A stretch of DNA of 63,993 nt, filler included, from Hausera hauseri (lineage: Eukaryota): NCBI GenBank assembly GCA_046269625.1. It is 11 parts of 11 records of this genome, joined end to end, with 100 filler letters (N's around TTAATTAATTAA, not from the genome) between each part and the next. Parts side by side here need not be neighbours in the genome. Positions count along the whole stretch, not along the records: positions 36,591 to 41,085 come from JBJURY010553894.1; positions 41,186 to 45,395 come from JBJURY010698882.1; positions 45,496 to 49,651 come from JBJURY010730434.1; positions 49,752 to 59,949 come from JBJURY010227740.1; 7 more parts are not named here. One strand, 5' to 3'. The notes under the pieces were generated by a model. The model saw only the letters and a list, made by a program, of their open reading frames with translations. It did no database searches and was not told where the DNA came from. The translations under genes were made by a program, and so were the position numbers. Positions 37,273-49,824 of the stretch are shown piece after piece (within the stretch, counting starts at the first letter, position 1; every line of letters starts with the position of its first letter).

Positions 37273-39863
37273 GGCTCCGAAAGCCTGTAGCTGCCTTTCA
37301 ATCTATTAGTTGCCACATAGGAAACTGTAGGTACACATTTGATTCGGCAGAATGCATATATTCTCTACTTAGGAAATATGTACATAAAGAAAAATTAATC
37401 AATATAAGATCCCTTATCTTGACTCTGTACGCTCAGTATCTGCGCACCAAATTCAGGCCCGTTAAAGTCACCAGATGTGTCTCTTCTGTGTCCGGTGGAG
37501 GCTACTTTCCTGAACTACCACTACCATACTCCTGGTCACACTATCACCCTCTTCCTGCACTCCAAAGACCTATTGTTCTTCAACCTCCACTTCAACCCCA
37601 ACATACCAACCGCAGATATGGGCCAAAACCAATCAGGAAACTACCTAAATTCACCCAAACACCCAAGCCACGTATGATAAGCACGGCAACACAAACTGAT
37701 ACCCCAAACATTGAGAATGTTACGAACAAGGCTACACCAAAAAATGCAAATAAAAATCAAAATGAAAATAAACAACTTCTCTCAGCCCTTGACTGGATTT
37801 CTGATCTGTTGGGTTTCCTTAACAATAGCATGTGCTCTTGGATATCCTTTCCATTTACTAAACTTAAAGAGTCACAAAAGGCATCCCTTAGAAACAATGT
37901 AATCAAAATAAGATCTAAACTTCGGATAAACAGTGAGTTGAGACTATTCAAAATAGGAGTAATAAACAATAAATACATCCTGGTTAAATATATAGAAACA
38001 ATAGCCCTCGCCTTGGATTACGTTCCCTTGACTGACTTGACCACCTTTACTTCTAACTTCTCCGCTAATCCTTCGCTCACCACTATCAGCACATTCATCA
38101 CTGAATGTGTTAAACCTTACAAAACATATTATGAATCTAATAAACCTCAAACAAACCCGATCCCGCCTGTCCAAGACACAGATAGCAAGAATTACATCAT
38201 AGATGAAGATCAGGAAGATTTCATGTATGATAAACATGTTTCTCTCCCACCAGCTGCATCGATCCTCCTAGCAGATCTAGAACGATTACTTATGAAAAAA
38301 CCTACTCACTACGTTAACATAGATAGGAGTAAACTATCCCCGGCCCTCATGAATAAACTCTCTTCTCGGATTTTTGCAATAAAAGGTAAGATTCCGACCT
38401 TTTGTCAGGACACCCCCAAACTTAACTTCAGCTTTGAAACGGAACTTCAAATCTTCAACCTTCTAAAATCAGTACAGCAACTCGTAGTAGAACGCATCCC
38501 TGAACCGTTTAATAAGCTTTGGGAATCCCTGAAAATAAAATCACCGCATTCGCAAGTATCGAAACCAAAAAAAGAACAACCCAAACTAGACACTGTCAAT
38601 ATCCACCCCAACAATGAGCCTAAAATAAAGGAAACTCAACCCAATAATGTGCGTAAAATAAAAGAAGCTCGACCAATCAAGGCAGCTCAAAGTGACTCTA
38701 GAACCCTCTTCACCTGGCCTCTCGAGAACGCCCTAGTAAATTCTGACACTAGATTACACCAATATGTCCCTTCAGTTCGAGCCCTCCGATACTTCTTTAA
38801 GAAGGGATCTAGTGCCATGGTCAATACCTCTATAACAATAAAGGGCAACAGCCTTAGAAACCAAGCAATTAAATTTGCCAACGACTTTATAAATAGGTAT
38901 AAGGAAACTACAAACTCCTATACCTCTGCATCCTTCAAATCCAAAAATCAAATCCTCTCCTTTCTCACACTCCTATCCAACGCAACAACATCAAACCCAC
39001 TAAAGTCACTTGATATCTTATTAGACAGGGTCAAAATACCCAAAACCAACACCTATAGAAACAGCCTAAATCCGACCAACCCATCCTCCGAAAAATCGCA
39101 ACCAAGTAAAGCAGCCTTACCCCAACTAAATCCTACTCCAATTGAGAACAAGACTGCACCTACGCCACAGCAGATACCTATACCGATCACCACACCTAAC
39201 TCGCGCTTTACTTGGCCACCGGATAATGCACTCGTCTCAACCCACTGTGCACTCTCTACTTATATACACACTGCTAAAGCCCTTCGACACTTCTTCAGCA
39301 AGGGCAATAGCACCTACGTAAATAAACCGGTATACTTTAAAAATAACAGGCTGAAGCTGAGGGCTTCTGACTTTCTGAATAGGCTCTTAGGGAAGTATAA
39401 CAGTGCCACAGATAAGTACAAAATCATCTATTTTTCAGATAGTAGGAGCGTCCTCAACTTCCTAAAATTACTTTCTGATGCAACCGCATCGTCCGAAGCA
39501 TCTCTGCCTGAACTTCTGAAGTCCTTCAAAGTTAAAAAATTTCCCGATAATGCTTCAAACAACTTTCTACGTTCTAAACCTAATAAAGAAGGCCTTCAGG
39601 TCGGCGCTCAAGCCATACGACCTATACCCAACCTAAAATCAAAACTTACAAAACATGACCTTACATACATAGATAAAATTACGGTAACCACACCTAAAGT
39701 AAAAAGCCACAAAATAGAATTTAATTTTGCAACAATTAATGCCCCACCCAGGACACTGGTCTCATATATTTCTAAGGTAGACAACCCTGTCACCACTTAT
39801 TCGAAACCGATAAATAGGATATACGACAGTAGAGATGATGACATCCTGACCATCTCGTCCTAA
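36696..39863 (+). CDS. 1055-codon open frame, A/C-rich, probable N-terminal region of a non-LTR retrotransposon ORF; true start unknown
   Basis: Long stop-free frame with an internal duplicated ~95-aa domain; continues in frame into Ulp1 remnants. Confidence 0.65.
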   Translation: MQCCSNTILDTKLRFKIGYCCFVSTLSETLKEYNKNTTLTRGLLADGRVRVFGHALPSGGAGFRVQCSRNIISLIEVISKIGYCCFVSTLSETFQKRRIEAFGVSLKINTKINFFVKVGHKTICTKISTLEPLVLVIRPNYASYLDQDTWLSYIGITRTLTNTALTRNLRDDGRVRVFGPALSFGDAGFRVQWLRKPVAAFQSISCHIGNCRYTFDSAECIYSLLRKYVHKEKLINIRSLILTLYAQYLRTKFRPVKVTRCVSSVSGGGYFPELPLPYSWSHYHPLPALQRPIVLQPPLQPQHTNRRYGPKPIRKLPKFTQTPKPRMISTATQTDTPNIENVTNKATPKNANKNQNENKQLLSALDWISDLLGFLNNSMCSWISFPFTKLKESQKASLRNNVIKIRSKLRINSELRLFKIGVINNKYILVKYIETIALALDYVPLTDLTTFTSNFSANPSLTTISTFITECVKPYKTYYESNKPQTNPIPPVQDTDSKNYIIDEDQEDFMYDKHVSLPPAASILLADLERLLMKKPTHYVNIDRSKLSPALMNKLSSRIFAIKGKIPTFCQDTPKLNFSFETELQIFNLLKSVQQLVVERIPEPFNKLWESLKIKSPHSQVSKPKKEQPKLDTVNIHPNNEPKIKETQPNNVRKIKEARPIKAAQSDSRTLFTWPLENALVNSDTRLHQYVPSVRALRYFFKKGSSAMVNTSITIKGNSLRNQAIKFANDFINRYKETTNSYTSASFKSKNQILSFLTLLSNATTSNPLKSLDILLDRVKIPKTNTYRNSLNPTNPSSEKSQPSKAALPQLNPTPIENKTAPTPQQIPIPITTPNSRFTWPPDNALVSTHCALSTYIHTAKALRHFFSKGNSTYVNKPVYFKNNRLKLRASDFLNRLLGKYNSATDKYKIIYFSDSRSVLNFLKLLSDATASSEASLPELLKSFKVKKFPDNASNNFLRSKPNKEGLQVGAQAIRPIPNLKSKLTKHDLTYIDKITVTTPKVKSHKIEFNFATINAPPRTLVSYISKVDNPVTTYSKPINRIYDSRDDDILTISS

Positions 39864-41085
39864 AGTAGCCAGGGATCTTATGAGAGCAGCTCAACTTCAC
39901 AGTTATCCTTAACGGACACTCCACAAGAATTTTCCAAATCTTCCTTCCCAAATCGTAAATTCTTTGCGGAAATTCTGAAATTATCTTGCGATACACCACT
40001 GCAAAACATGACGAAGGACCTAAACAACTCCACAAAAAAAGCTCTTAGAAAACCAAATGTGACTACTTGGTTCTCCACCGACGAAATGGATTACTGGGGC
40101 TATCAGGCCACTCTTAGATGCAACGCCTATGATGCCACAGCCCACGTGAAAATGTCAGATGAGGATGCTGCGTTAACCAACACTGCTGACTAAATCTTCA
40201 TGTCCCTATAGCATGAAAACCATTGGCTCTTAGGTTACATAAACAGGAAAACAGAATCCATATACCTTCTTGATCTCTATCGTCAATCAGTATCTCACGA
40301 GCAGGATCTGAACTCCTAGTCTCCCGTGTCGACGTCTTCAAAGCTGTTTTCAACATACCCAATCTCTCCTGTAAGGGACTTTACCTAAACAAAGATCACC
40401 AACCCCTTAGTAACTACAATGACTGTAGACCCCACCTTTGCGGCTATATGGTCCAATTCGCCGCTGGAAAAACTACCTTAAAGTAGATCCTAATGAAATA
40501 AGAGCCGCCACTGCCCTTACTCCGGATTCTCCAATCTTACACAGTACTCCATCTAAATCTCCTAGACTCGGAGGAGCGCGAGAAGAATCTCCTAGCAACT
40601 CAGAATCCCCCGGAATTAGCTGCCCCTTCCTCCTTCGTAGAAATGACAATACCTCTCTTACCTTGCAGTGCAACCTCCCTAACTGCACCTACGAAACAAC
40701 CTGCATGGCAGCATCGAATAGGTTCGATAAAGGTACAATCCAACATCTGAAAATTAAAAATCACTCGAAGGAAGTAACTGAAAAACCTTCCATTGCATTC
40801 CTTGCAACATGTAATTTTCTCTTAATGCAGCTTCATCGTACTGCTCTAAGGCTCACACAGATACAACTTGCACGGATGTCATCTCAAAACAAAATCACTC
40901 TAACTTTCAGAACATAGATCTACCAATCAATCCTTCAGATCGAAATACTGCATGACCAGATGATTGAAAAATCGGACTTTACATTCAAACCAAATGCGCT
41001 AAAAGTCCTCACGTTCTGTTTGTAAATCCCCTGTCTGCGAAAGCGGTACAAAATTCTTATGAGAAATCCCTCTTCAAACTGTATC
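39864..41085 (+). pseudogene. Ulp1/C48 cysteine protease and C2H2-type zinc-finger remnants (NeSL/Utopia-like non-LTR retrotransposon)
   Basis: WFSTDEMDYW, IFMSL*HENHWLLGYIN...IYLLD (His 40221), Q...NDCRPHLC (Cys 40424), then CNLPNC...QHLKIKNH; stops and frameshifts. Confidence 0.65.
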
Positions 41086-41304
41086 NNNNNNNNNNNNNNN
41101 NNNNNNNNNNNNNNNNNNNNNNNNNNNNNTTAATTAATTAANNNNNNNNNNNNNNNNNNNNNNNNNNNNNNNNNNNNNNNNNNNNCATTTCCTGCGAACC
41201 CCCATTCTAATGCAATTATCAACACCGGTCAAAATGAAACAGGTAAAATATGGCCTGTTGTCAAAGAAAATAGGTGAAAATCACTTAGTGCATCGGAGGA
41301 CACG

Positions 41305-41562
41305 ATGAAAAAAATGGATAAGGATTTGATGTTGTCCAATGATATTCGAGACACATCCTTGCTTTTCCTTAAAGGCAACATAGCAAAAATAGTGCGTGCA
41401 AGTGGACAAACAGACGTTTTGCCAATGGAAGAGGTAAAAGGATACCTGACAATGAAGCTGAAAGGATATAAGGAACTGTGTGGTGTTAAATCGCCAATGT
41501 GGAAGTTGGGGAAGTTTGCCCTTGATTTTAGTTTTTTGGTGTTTTTAGTTTATGATTTTTAA
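41305..41562 (+). CDS. Small hypothetical protein convergent with pPolB (possible Polinton accessory gene)
   Basis: 85-aa ORF followed by AATAAA; no recognisable motif. Confidence 0.3.
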   Translation: MKKMDKDLMLSNDIRDTSLLFLKGNIAKIVRASGQTDVLPMEEVKGYLTMKLKGYKELCGVKSPMWKLGKFALDFSFLVFLVYDF

Positions 41563-41789
41563 TAAAATTTATTTGAGTTTTTGTATTGTGTTGCGTTGTG
41601 TTGTGAAAAGTATTTAAAATTTTGAGTAATATGAGACTTTTTTTCGCTAACCCCACTTAAGCCCCATTTCCTTGTTATAAAACAGAAGACAAAAACTAGT
41701 GTACAACTACGTTATTAATCACATGTACAGCAGATAAATGTAAAACAAACAAAGATCATAAATGTCAGTGATCTGTCTGGTCTGAATTG

Positions 41790-44700
41790 CATCTTTGTAC
41801 TGACTGAACTGTTTTGTTACTGACTGAGTAATAAACGTGTGTTATCTCAAGCGCCAATGTCAGTATACCCAACTCTTATTTTGCCCCACCCACTTTCGCT
41901 TGTCATCGTTGCATGACAAAGCAAACTTTTTATTTGTGATGGTATACAGCTGGTGCTCAATCGATCGTATGGTCGTTTGAGACAAAAAAGCCTTTCCTCC
42001 TTCTTCTCCATCTTGTCCGTCATAGACACGGCAATAATCACCGTAACTTGGTTCCGTCTGTTTCAGCTGGATGCCCGCATTTTCGACCCATAGTCCGTCA
42101 GCAGACTGTAACACTGGGTGAAAAAAATATCCATTCTCTGTACTGGACCCGGCCTTCACTTTTGTCCTTGAAGCAGGGGATTTTGTTTGTTATCGCGCTG
42201 CTGTACAGCGGATGATCTGGCGGGTAGTTGGGCGTGTCCAGTAATCCATCTGCCATCATTTGTCGGAACAGCTGGTCCCGATCGATGTTTTTCAGCTCCA
42301 AGAAAAAGCTGTCTGTGTCACCGGAAACGATACTGATCTCACAGTTGCCGCCGCCAAACATTTGCCGGTAACGTGCCAAGTCGCGATATTGGAGCTCGTA
42401 CATTCGCAACTTGCTCAGGTCCAGTACTACTTGTCCAATGTAGCTTTGCTGGTCCAATACTACTCCTTCCCTGTTGAGAAGCACGGCGACTAATCCGTCG
42501 GCAATGTGCATCGACCGCCTGAACTGAGCCTTGCTGGTGTACGTAACCAGCTGCTTTTTGTTGTTGGATAGGCGCATATTGAGCAGCTTTTTGAGGTTCT
42601 CTACCGTTTTGCCGTAAACAGAATTATTTTTTAACTTGTAATAGTCCTTTTCAAACTTTGTACAAGCTGCGGCTCGTTTCCTGGAATTTCATCGATGTAC
42701 GCCTTGAATATCGGCGCCTGATTGAAGCAGATTGCACGATGAAGCTGTGTGACGCGTACACCCAACTGCATGTAAAACTGCAGCAAACGCCAATGAACTA
42801 CGTAATTCAGCTTCGGTTCATGCGTCCTGAGCAGTTTCTTTACTTTTATTGAACTGCTGGGTGGACATTGGCTGATTTGTGCCACGGGCAATTCGTCCAA
42901 AGCGTCATGCAGCTCATCTGATATTACGAGATCGACCTCCATCAGGTAGACGACTGAGCTGCTTTCTGACGTGTTTTCTGCTGTCAAACTGTCCATTAAT
43001 TCATCCAATTCCTGTTTTTCGACAACCCATTCAAATAAACCGTACGGCAAGGAGTGCAAAAGCGCCCAGCCATACAGGTTATTAATGTCGATGTACAATA
43101 CTGATGTGTTATCATCACTGGTTATGTGATGCTTGTTGACCAACGTCATGCCGCCGCAAATGCCGACGTCAAACAAGCGGTACATTTTCGGCTCTTGCAG
43201 CAGATCAATGTCCCGATCAAGTGAAATTAGAGCTGATGCCCAACTCATTCCCGGTATTGAGTAAAAGTTGAGCGGTTCCAACCAATCTTTCGCCAACGCT
43301 TTAGCCCGAAACGATTGGAATACGTCGGCTAACAAGTACACGTCCAGTTTCAAGTATTGGAGCATGTACTCCAACATGTTTCTGCAGCCGAGCTCTGTCC
43401 AAGCTTCCTGTGCTCTGTGATACTCGTCCTCTGTGATTCCAGCCCACTGTGGCGGCAATTCCTCTTTTGTCTGAAGCCGCTCGTACGACATAACAAAGTT
43501 ATATGGGAATAAACTTTTGCTGCGTGCAATATGCGCAGGGAAATGCGTCAGCGTTATCAGCACATCCGGCAAGGCACTTACGAGCTTTCCTAGAGACTCA
43601 TTGAGGAACTGCAGTGAGTCAAGAAACCGTACCTGAAACCGGTTTATGCGTGCCGATAGGGACAGGTACTTCTCCATTGTTGTTGAAATTATGGATAGCT
43701 CCCAGTGCGGAAATCCGCTGATGGCCAATTTCAAAATATGGTGACAATCATAATCCCGGAAGTTATAAAAAATCACCGGCAGGAATGGCCGCACACGCCT
43801 TGCCAAATTGCATGAATTGCATGCTGCTCCAAGAAATCGACCGGTAAAATGATCGTGGTCCGGTACGAGCCGTTCCTATGCATCGAACGGCAATATTTTG
43901 TGGTGGCACAAATAACATTCATCCGTGATTGCAAACGTCAGGCGTTCACCTTCATCTGACAACATCAAGGGTTTATTGCGATTTCTACTGCGGCTGACCT
44001 GCGGCTTTTATTGGGACAACCAACATACCGACGGCGATTGGAATGTGTTTTTGGTCATACACGTTGCTCCGTGGTAGAATTGCCTCAATATCGGCATATA
44101 CAGTGTATGCGGGACTATCCGTTTTCGACCAGTCATCGAATCGGAGCTCCTTTTTGAGTGGCATTACGTACATGGTTGCGCCCGTTGAATTTTGTCTGCA
44201 CAGAGTCACATGTTTCTCCCATGTTGTCCCTGATCTGAATCCGTGCAAATACACGGGACACCATTTACACCGTATTCGCTTTTCGATGAACTGGTCATGT
44301 GCCATATTCAACAATCTCTCCAGATTTGTCACTGCAACGTAATGGAATTTTTCCTTTTGCTCCAATAACAACAAATTTATTGGGCCTCAATTTGGGTTCC
44401 GACTACGGTAGATTATATCCACATGGGGGTTTTTGTAAATTTCTACATCCGCCGGTATTTCTACGATTGTGTTGTACCAAAACACGTTGATTGACAGTGT
44501 CGGATTACGCCATTCAAATGTCGGAATGGATTTCAAGTTCATCGGCATCCAGCTTTCATCGAAATCCAATATGGAAAAATATTTCTGATACTGTTTAGGA
44601 CGAGATGCACTATGTCTGTCCACTTCGTCGTATTTCAATATCGCCAGAATACTGTAAAGAAAACAGTATTCGTCGTTAGTATTTTTTATATTCACTACCA

Positions 44701-45395
44701 CCAGAGACTGCTTCAGATGTGCAGGTGTCGGTATGAATGATCGCCCCGACAAATATATTATGTCACTCGACTTCGTTACAATAAAGCCGAGAGTAATATA
44801 ATTTGTATAATTATAGTTTGTATAATTCGCCATCCACTATCCTTTTCCGTGTAGTTGGCGATTTTCTCCTCGAGCTTTTTGCCTACGTCGGCAATAAAAT
44901 AGTTGGAATACGGTTCGGCTCGATGTGACAGGTACCACTGTTTCCTGTCACCTTCAACGTTTTCAAATTCTGCAAGAGCATAATGTTGCACTTTGCTGTG
45001 GTATTGTTGGAATTTGGCCACCTCTATTTCCAACCGGTTACGCACATAAGCGGGTACATCCTTCAATTGCGTTGTTGCTGTTGTTTTCGCCGTCATGTCC
45101 ACCTTCATGTCCACGTACGATCTGTTCAGGTCGTACTTGATTGTAATGTTGGGAATATTGGCCTCCTGTTCTTCTTGTTGATGCTGTTTCTGCTGCTTCT
45201 GCTGCTGGGTACTGTTTCGTCAAGACTTGTTGAAGCCTGGCGTTTTCTACTGGTTGTTGTTGTTGACATGATGCTGTTGTCCCTATTTGTTTCTTCGACC
45301 GCTTAAACTGGTTTAAGTGGTCCTTGTGAGTGTTGTAAAATTGTTTATAGTTGATTTCATCAACTATAGAACAACAACCGGGACAAACATAGGTT
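41790..45395 (-). mobile_element. pPolB: Second Polinton/Maverick pPolB pseudogene, nearly full length
   Basis: VVNIKN...CFLYSILA, HYVAV, VYADIEA, DHDHFTGRFLGAACNSCNL, FLDSLQFL, YLKLDVYLLADVF, YIDINNLYGWAL, KLKNNSVYGK, SGDTDS, LSCNDDKR; many frameshifts. Confidence 0.93.
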
Positions 45396-45982
45396 NNNNN
45401 NNNNNNNNNNNNNNNNNNNNNNNNNNNNNNNNNNNNNNNTTAATTAATTAANNNNNNNNNNNNNNNNNNNNNNNNNNNNNNNNNNNNNNNNNNNNTAACG
45501 AAATCAAACGCATAAATAAAAACAAAAAACGGAACCAAACCGATCATGATTTTGAATTAAATGATTTAACGTATGTTACATCGCAAAATTCTTAGGGTAT
45601 CATTGATACAGATTTAAATTTATTCTATCCAAAATGTAGTAGTAATTACAAAATAACAATGAATATTAATTCCTCCAGTATTTTGTATGTTTATGAATCA
45701 TATAGTAATCTGCTTCAAATATTCAATGAAAACAGGGAAAATATTTTTTACGAGTGTGTAAATTAGAACGATGTAGATAATGATTACGAGGTACCACCCA
45801 ATACAGCAACGAGAAGTACCATCTCTATTGATCGCTTCGATAATGTCGTAAAACAGAATAATTTTCCCATAGAATCTGATCACCACCAAACTGGAAAACG
45901 CAGTGACACAAATTGTTATTTATTTGTAACCGTACCATCCGATATTTCTGTTGCTTCAAAAGACTTTAAAATAAATTTTACA

Positions 45983-46770
45983 TTGTACAATAATGTAACA
46001 ATTTCTGATAGTGAATTATTAGACAAATCGGAATTTTATGAAACGCATTCGGACCAATTTTTCATATTAAATCCAATATTATGTATGCCGATAAGAAATA
46101 ACAATAAACAAACGACTAATACTCCATATAAAATTGAAGAAGAGCTGATCGATAAAACTATGCATAAAAACATTGTCAAAACTCTTCAGGGCAATTATTG
46201 GTTGATACGGACACCACTTTGAATCGCAATTTGGCAGTCATTTATGATTTGGATATTCCATCCGATGCCAATTTTTGTACTCGTACGACTATACCCGATG
46301 ATCCCTACGACGATTTTATATCAGACCATCCGATGACAACGAGCCATACCATTGCCTCACTCTTCGTATTCGGACTTTCCAACAAGAAACAAACACTTTT
46401 TGAAGATGAAACCAGCTTGGTTGCCGATGAATACTGTAACACGTTACCAAATTCCATATTTCGAAAAACATCATCGTCACCAACACCGACGCATTCACGA
46501 CCGAATACTTATTTTTCATTACTTATACTGCCACAATCCGGAATGAAACGATCACCGGTTTTGGATGGAGTTTGTGATTTGTTGAAAAAGACGGATTTGG
46601 AATTGGAGAAAATTCAACAAGACACCTTTATGATTATTGATAATGATGATCTTTATTCGGAAACGGAAAGCCATTTACGAATTGGCTATAGTTGTGACGA
46701 TATTCCTTTTTTTGATTATGATGCATGTTATATCGATTCTTTCTATGGTTATTCGAATTATAAGTTGTGA
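45983..46770 (+). CDS. Orphan acidic hypothetical protein, frameshifted near 46200
   Basis: Two overlapping intronless ORFs (79 and 190 aa) of similar composition; no family recognised. Confidence 0.35.
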
Positions 46771-49651
46771 TTACTTAAACATCCACAACTCTCTAAACTT
46801 ATTGACATATACGGAGCACCCGACCAGTCTGCGATGAACACTGGTCATCAGAGATTGGTTTTGGCGATTGCTCCCTCGACTATGCGGGCCGAACATCATC
46901 TGGTCGGAAACCTGAACGCGTCCGTGATCCGTGTGTCACAACACACCTCTGGCATCTCTTTTCAACCCCTTTCTTTTTTGTTTTTAAAAATAACACACAT
47001 ATTTCTACCGTACACATTAGTAACATGGACATTGCTTACACCCTCTATATGTCTCTATCCTCTTTCCTACACACTTCCGACTTTTATTTGTCGCACCATA
47101 GTTCCGTGCTACACCCGTCTGACTCACTTTCTTCCTTCGCTTCTCCGATCATTCATCTCACCCTTCACTTTCACATGCGAGGTGGTTCGGACCCTGATCC
47201 TTCTGCTGAAAATTCCTCCAAAACAATATCTGGTTGTCGCCCTGCTGTCTCTGTACAATCTGCTTCTCCTAACCTTCCTTGCACAGAGTTCTTCCTCGAT
47301 AAAACTAATTCAAGTCGCACTTGTCTACAATTTCATTTAGAGTGGCTTAAAGCCAATTATTTTACCGATTCTTTCTTGCGCGCCAACAGCTTGTTACTTC
47401 TTCTCCCAGCAAATATCAAGCATCAAATTAATAATCTTGCTGATATCTTTACTTTTTCAACACCATATGAGATGCTTTATGAGTTCTTCATATTACCGCT
47501 CCATCGATTGATAATATAATGCAGAAGTGCTTTACCGAACATCCTATAGGCAATCAAAAGCCTTCTGACTTCCTGCAGACCTCAATTTCACACCTAAGTG
47601 CTCTTGGCGTTACTCCCACCAACAATGCAGATTCGCTTCGTCGTTATTTCCTCTCCTCCTTGTCCACTTCCATCAGAGCTCTTCTTACTGTCGTTGACAA
47701 CTCGATGTCGATTGAAAAACTTGCCCTATTGGCTCATAAAAGTTTCGAAATTTTACAAAACTAACAACTCATAACCCGTAGCTGCAGCAACCAAGCATAC
47801 CTCATCGCACATAGACACGACTGTTTTCGTACAGCAACCACAATTAATTCAGAAATAATGCAATACTCTACAGCACACAATTTCAGCAATCACGGCCCAA
47901 CTAAGTAATCTATCTATGTCTCGGAGAGGTGAGACCCGTGCATCGCGTGAGCGTAGCCCCACCATAAACTCATTTCGTTCCAAATCCCTGGGTGGGCGAA
48001 TGATATGTTTTTATCACAATAAATTTCGCAGAAATGCGAAGAAATGTCTCAGGCTGTAAATTTTATGACGAGTGTTTTGCGGTGGACATTCCTATTTGCA
48101 TTTATCACACAAATTTTCACTGTCTAGTCAGATCGTGTGTTCCGGGATATAAACATTACAAAAACAACTTCAGTTTTTCTTCGTCTTCTTCTCCTCCGCC
48201 TTCTTCTTATCATTCACCTTCTTTTCCTCCACAATCTTCAAGAAACTATAAACGCCGCCAGATGTTACGGCACATTCTGGCATAGGCAATACCGCTCAGT
48301 CTTCTAGCCGTATTTACACTGCCTCCGCAGTTTTTCTGTTAAAAGCTACACTGTTTTCTAGCAATGCTCAACATATCGGTTTTCTTATCGATTCAGGAGC
48401 TGCCTTTTCACTCCCCCCTTCGTCCTTCGTCCCTATATCCATTGCAGTTTCTTCTCCTCCGCTTTTCACAGCCAGTGGCCAAACTTTGCAAATCCCAGGT
48501 ATTACAGAACTGGTTCTTACATTTTCAAACTTGCCAGGCAAGTTTGTCTGGAAATTGCGCGTGGCCAATATTAAATTGCCAATAATCGGCTCAGATTTTT
48601 TGGCCGCACACGATCTGCTAGTTGACTGCAAGTATGGCTGTTTGCTATGTAGAGACTCCGGCGTAAACTTCAACGATTGTCTACCAGCCAGCTCAACAAG
48701 CACTTCGTATGCTAACTCATATGTGAATTTGACAAATTGTTCGTCGGTTGATAACGATACATTTAGTAATTTATCTATTTTTCAATTACATCTCACATAT
48801 CCAAGTTGATTTTAAAACAATCGGTTAAACCGAATGTTGATAGTGGCGATGTCTGTCGTTCTTGGGCAATCACAGTCACCGCCTCCTCTGATGATATGCT
48901 TCACTCATTTTTATCACTAGATTCCAATCTCAAATTCTATATCATTTCTTCTTATTCTCGCATACTCAAAAATGACTCTAGTTTTAAGTCCCATCAACAA
49001 TTTATTACTACATAGTCACCCAACACCAAAGACCTATCAGATAAAAGGTGAGACCATTATCTCGTAGTAGACGAAAAGCCATGAAATTAGAGTTTAACGA
49101 ACTCAAAATATCTGGTACCATTCGAAGGTCAAAATCACCATGGGCTTCATCATTACATGTAGTAGCAAAAAGATGGTACTTTTCAACCATGTGGCGACTA
49201 TCGTCAAATAAACAATCTAACCATCATGGATGCTTACCCATTACCGCTCATAAAAAACATTCTGCACAGTCTTAACAACACCAATACGTATTCTACAATA
49301 GATCTGCACAAAGCTTACCATCAAATTCCCGTTGCACCCTATGACATTCCAAAGACGCTGTCATCACTCCATTGGGTCTTTACGAATACATCTTTATGCC
49401 ATTCGGTTTACGTAACGCAGCCCAAAGCTTTCAATGCCACATTGACACTGTTCTCTCAGGCCTTAATTTTGCTCATCCGTACACTGATGACATATTAGTT
49501 GCCTCCAACTCCGTCAAACAACACCATGAACATCTGAGAATTATTTTCCACAGACTACAGCAGAACAACTTACAAGTTAACTTCACCAAGTGCAACTTCT
49601 TTCAGAAACGTGTCAATTTCGTAGGCCACATAATTACTCCTCACGGCCACG
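46767..49651 (+). mobile_element. Decayed Ty3/Gypsy retrotransposon: possible 5' LTR (~46767-47015), gag, protease, RT
   Basis: GNQKPSDFL and ICFYHNKF..NAKKC (gag), FLIDSGA and PIIGSDFL (protease), SPWASSLHVV, YPLPLI, DLHKAYHQIP, MPFGLRNAAQSFQ, YTDDILVAS (RT). LTR limits are tentative. Confidence 0.88.
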
Positions 49652-49751
49652 NNNNNNNNNNNNNNNNNNNNNNNNNNNNNNNNNNNNNNNNNNNNTTAAT
49701 TAATTAANNNNNNNNNNNNNNNNNNNNNNNNNNNNNNNNNNNNNNNNNNNN

Positions 49752-49824
49752 ACCATCCATGTGCTGATTCTCGCATATCATCAATCATCATGACCGGCCG
49801 ATCTCCGAATAAATCAGCGTGTCC
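49752..49824 (-). mobile_element. IS end (IS5-family-like) inserted at CTAG inside the TPR gene
   Basis: 49753-49824 is the exact reverse complement of 59878-59949; terminus GGACACGCTGATTTATTC; flanked by CTAG. Confidence 0.7.

Noticed and set aside
39861-40211. TAA/TAG reassignment in contig 7
   Set aside because: More than 1000 upstream codons contain no TAA/TAG, and frameshifts follow; this is pseudogenisation.
46815-46855. Hammerhead-like CTGATGA plus stem on the minus strand
   Set aside because: The stem is followed by TCGGG rather than the required GAAA.
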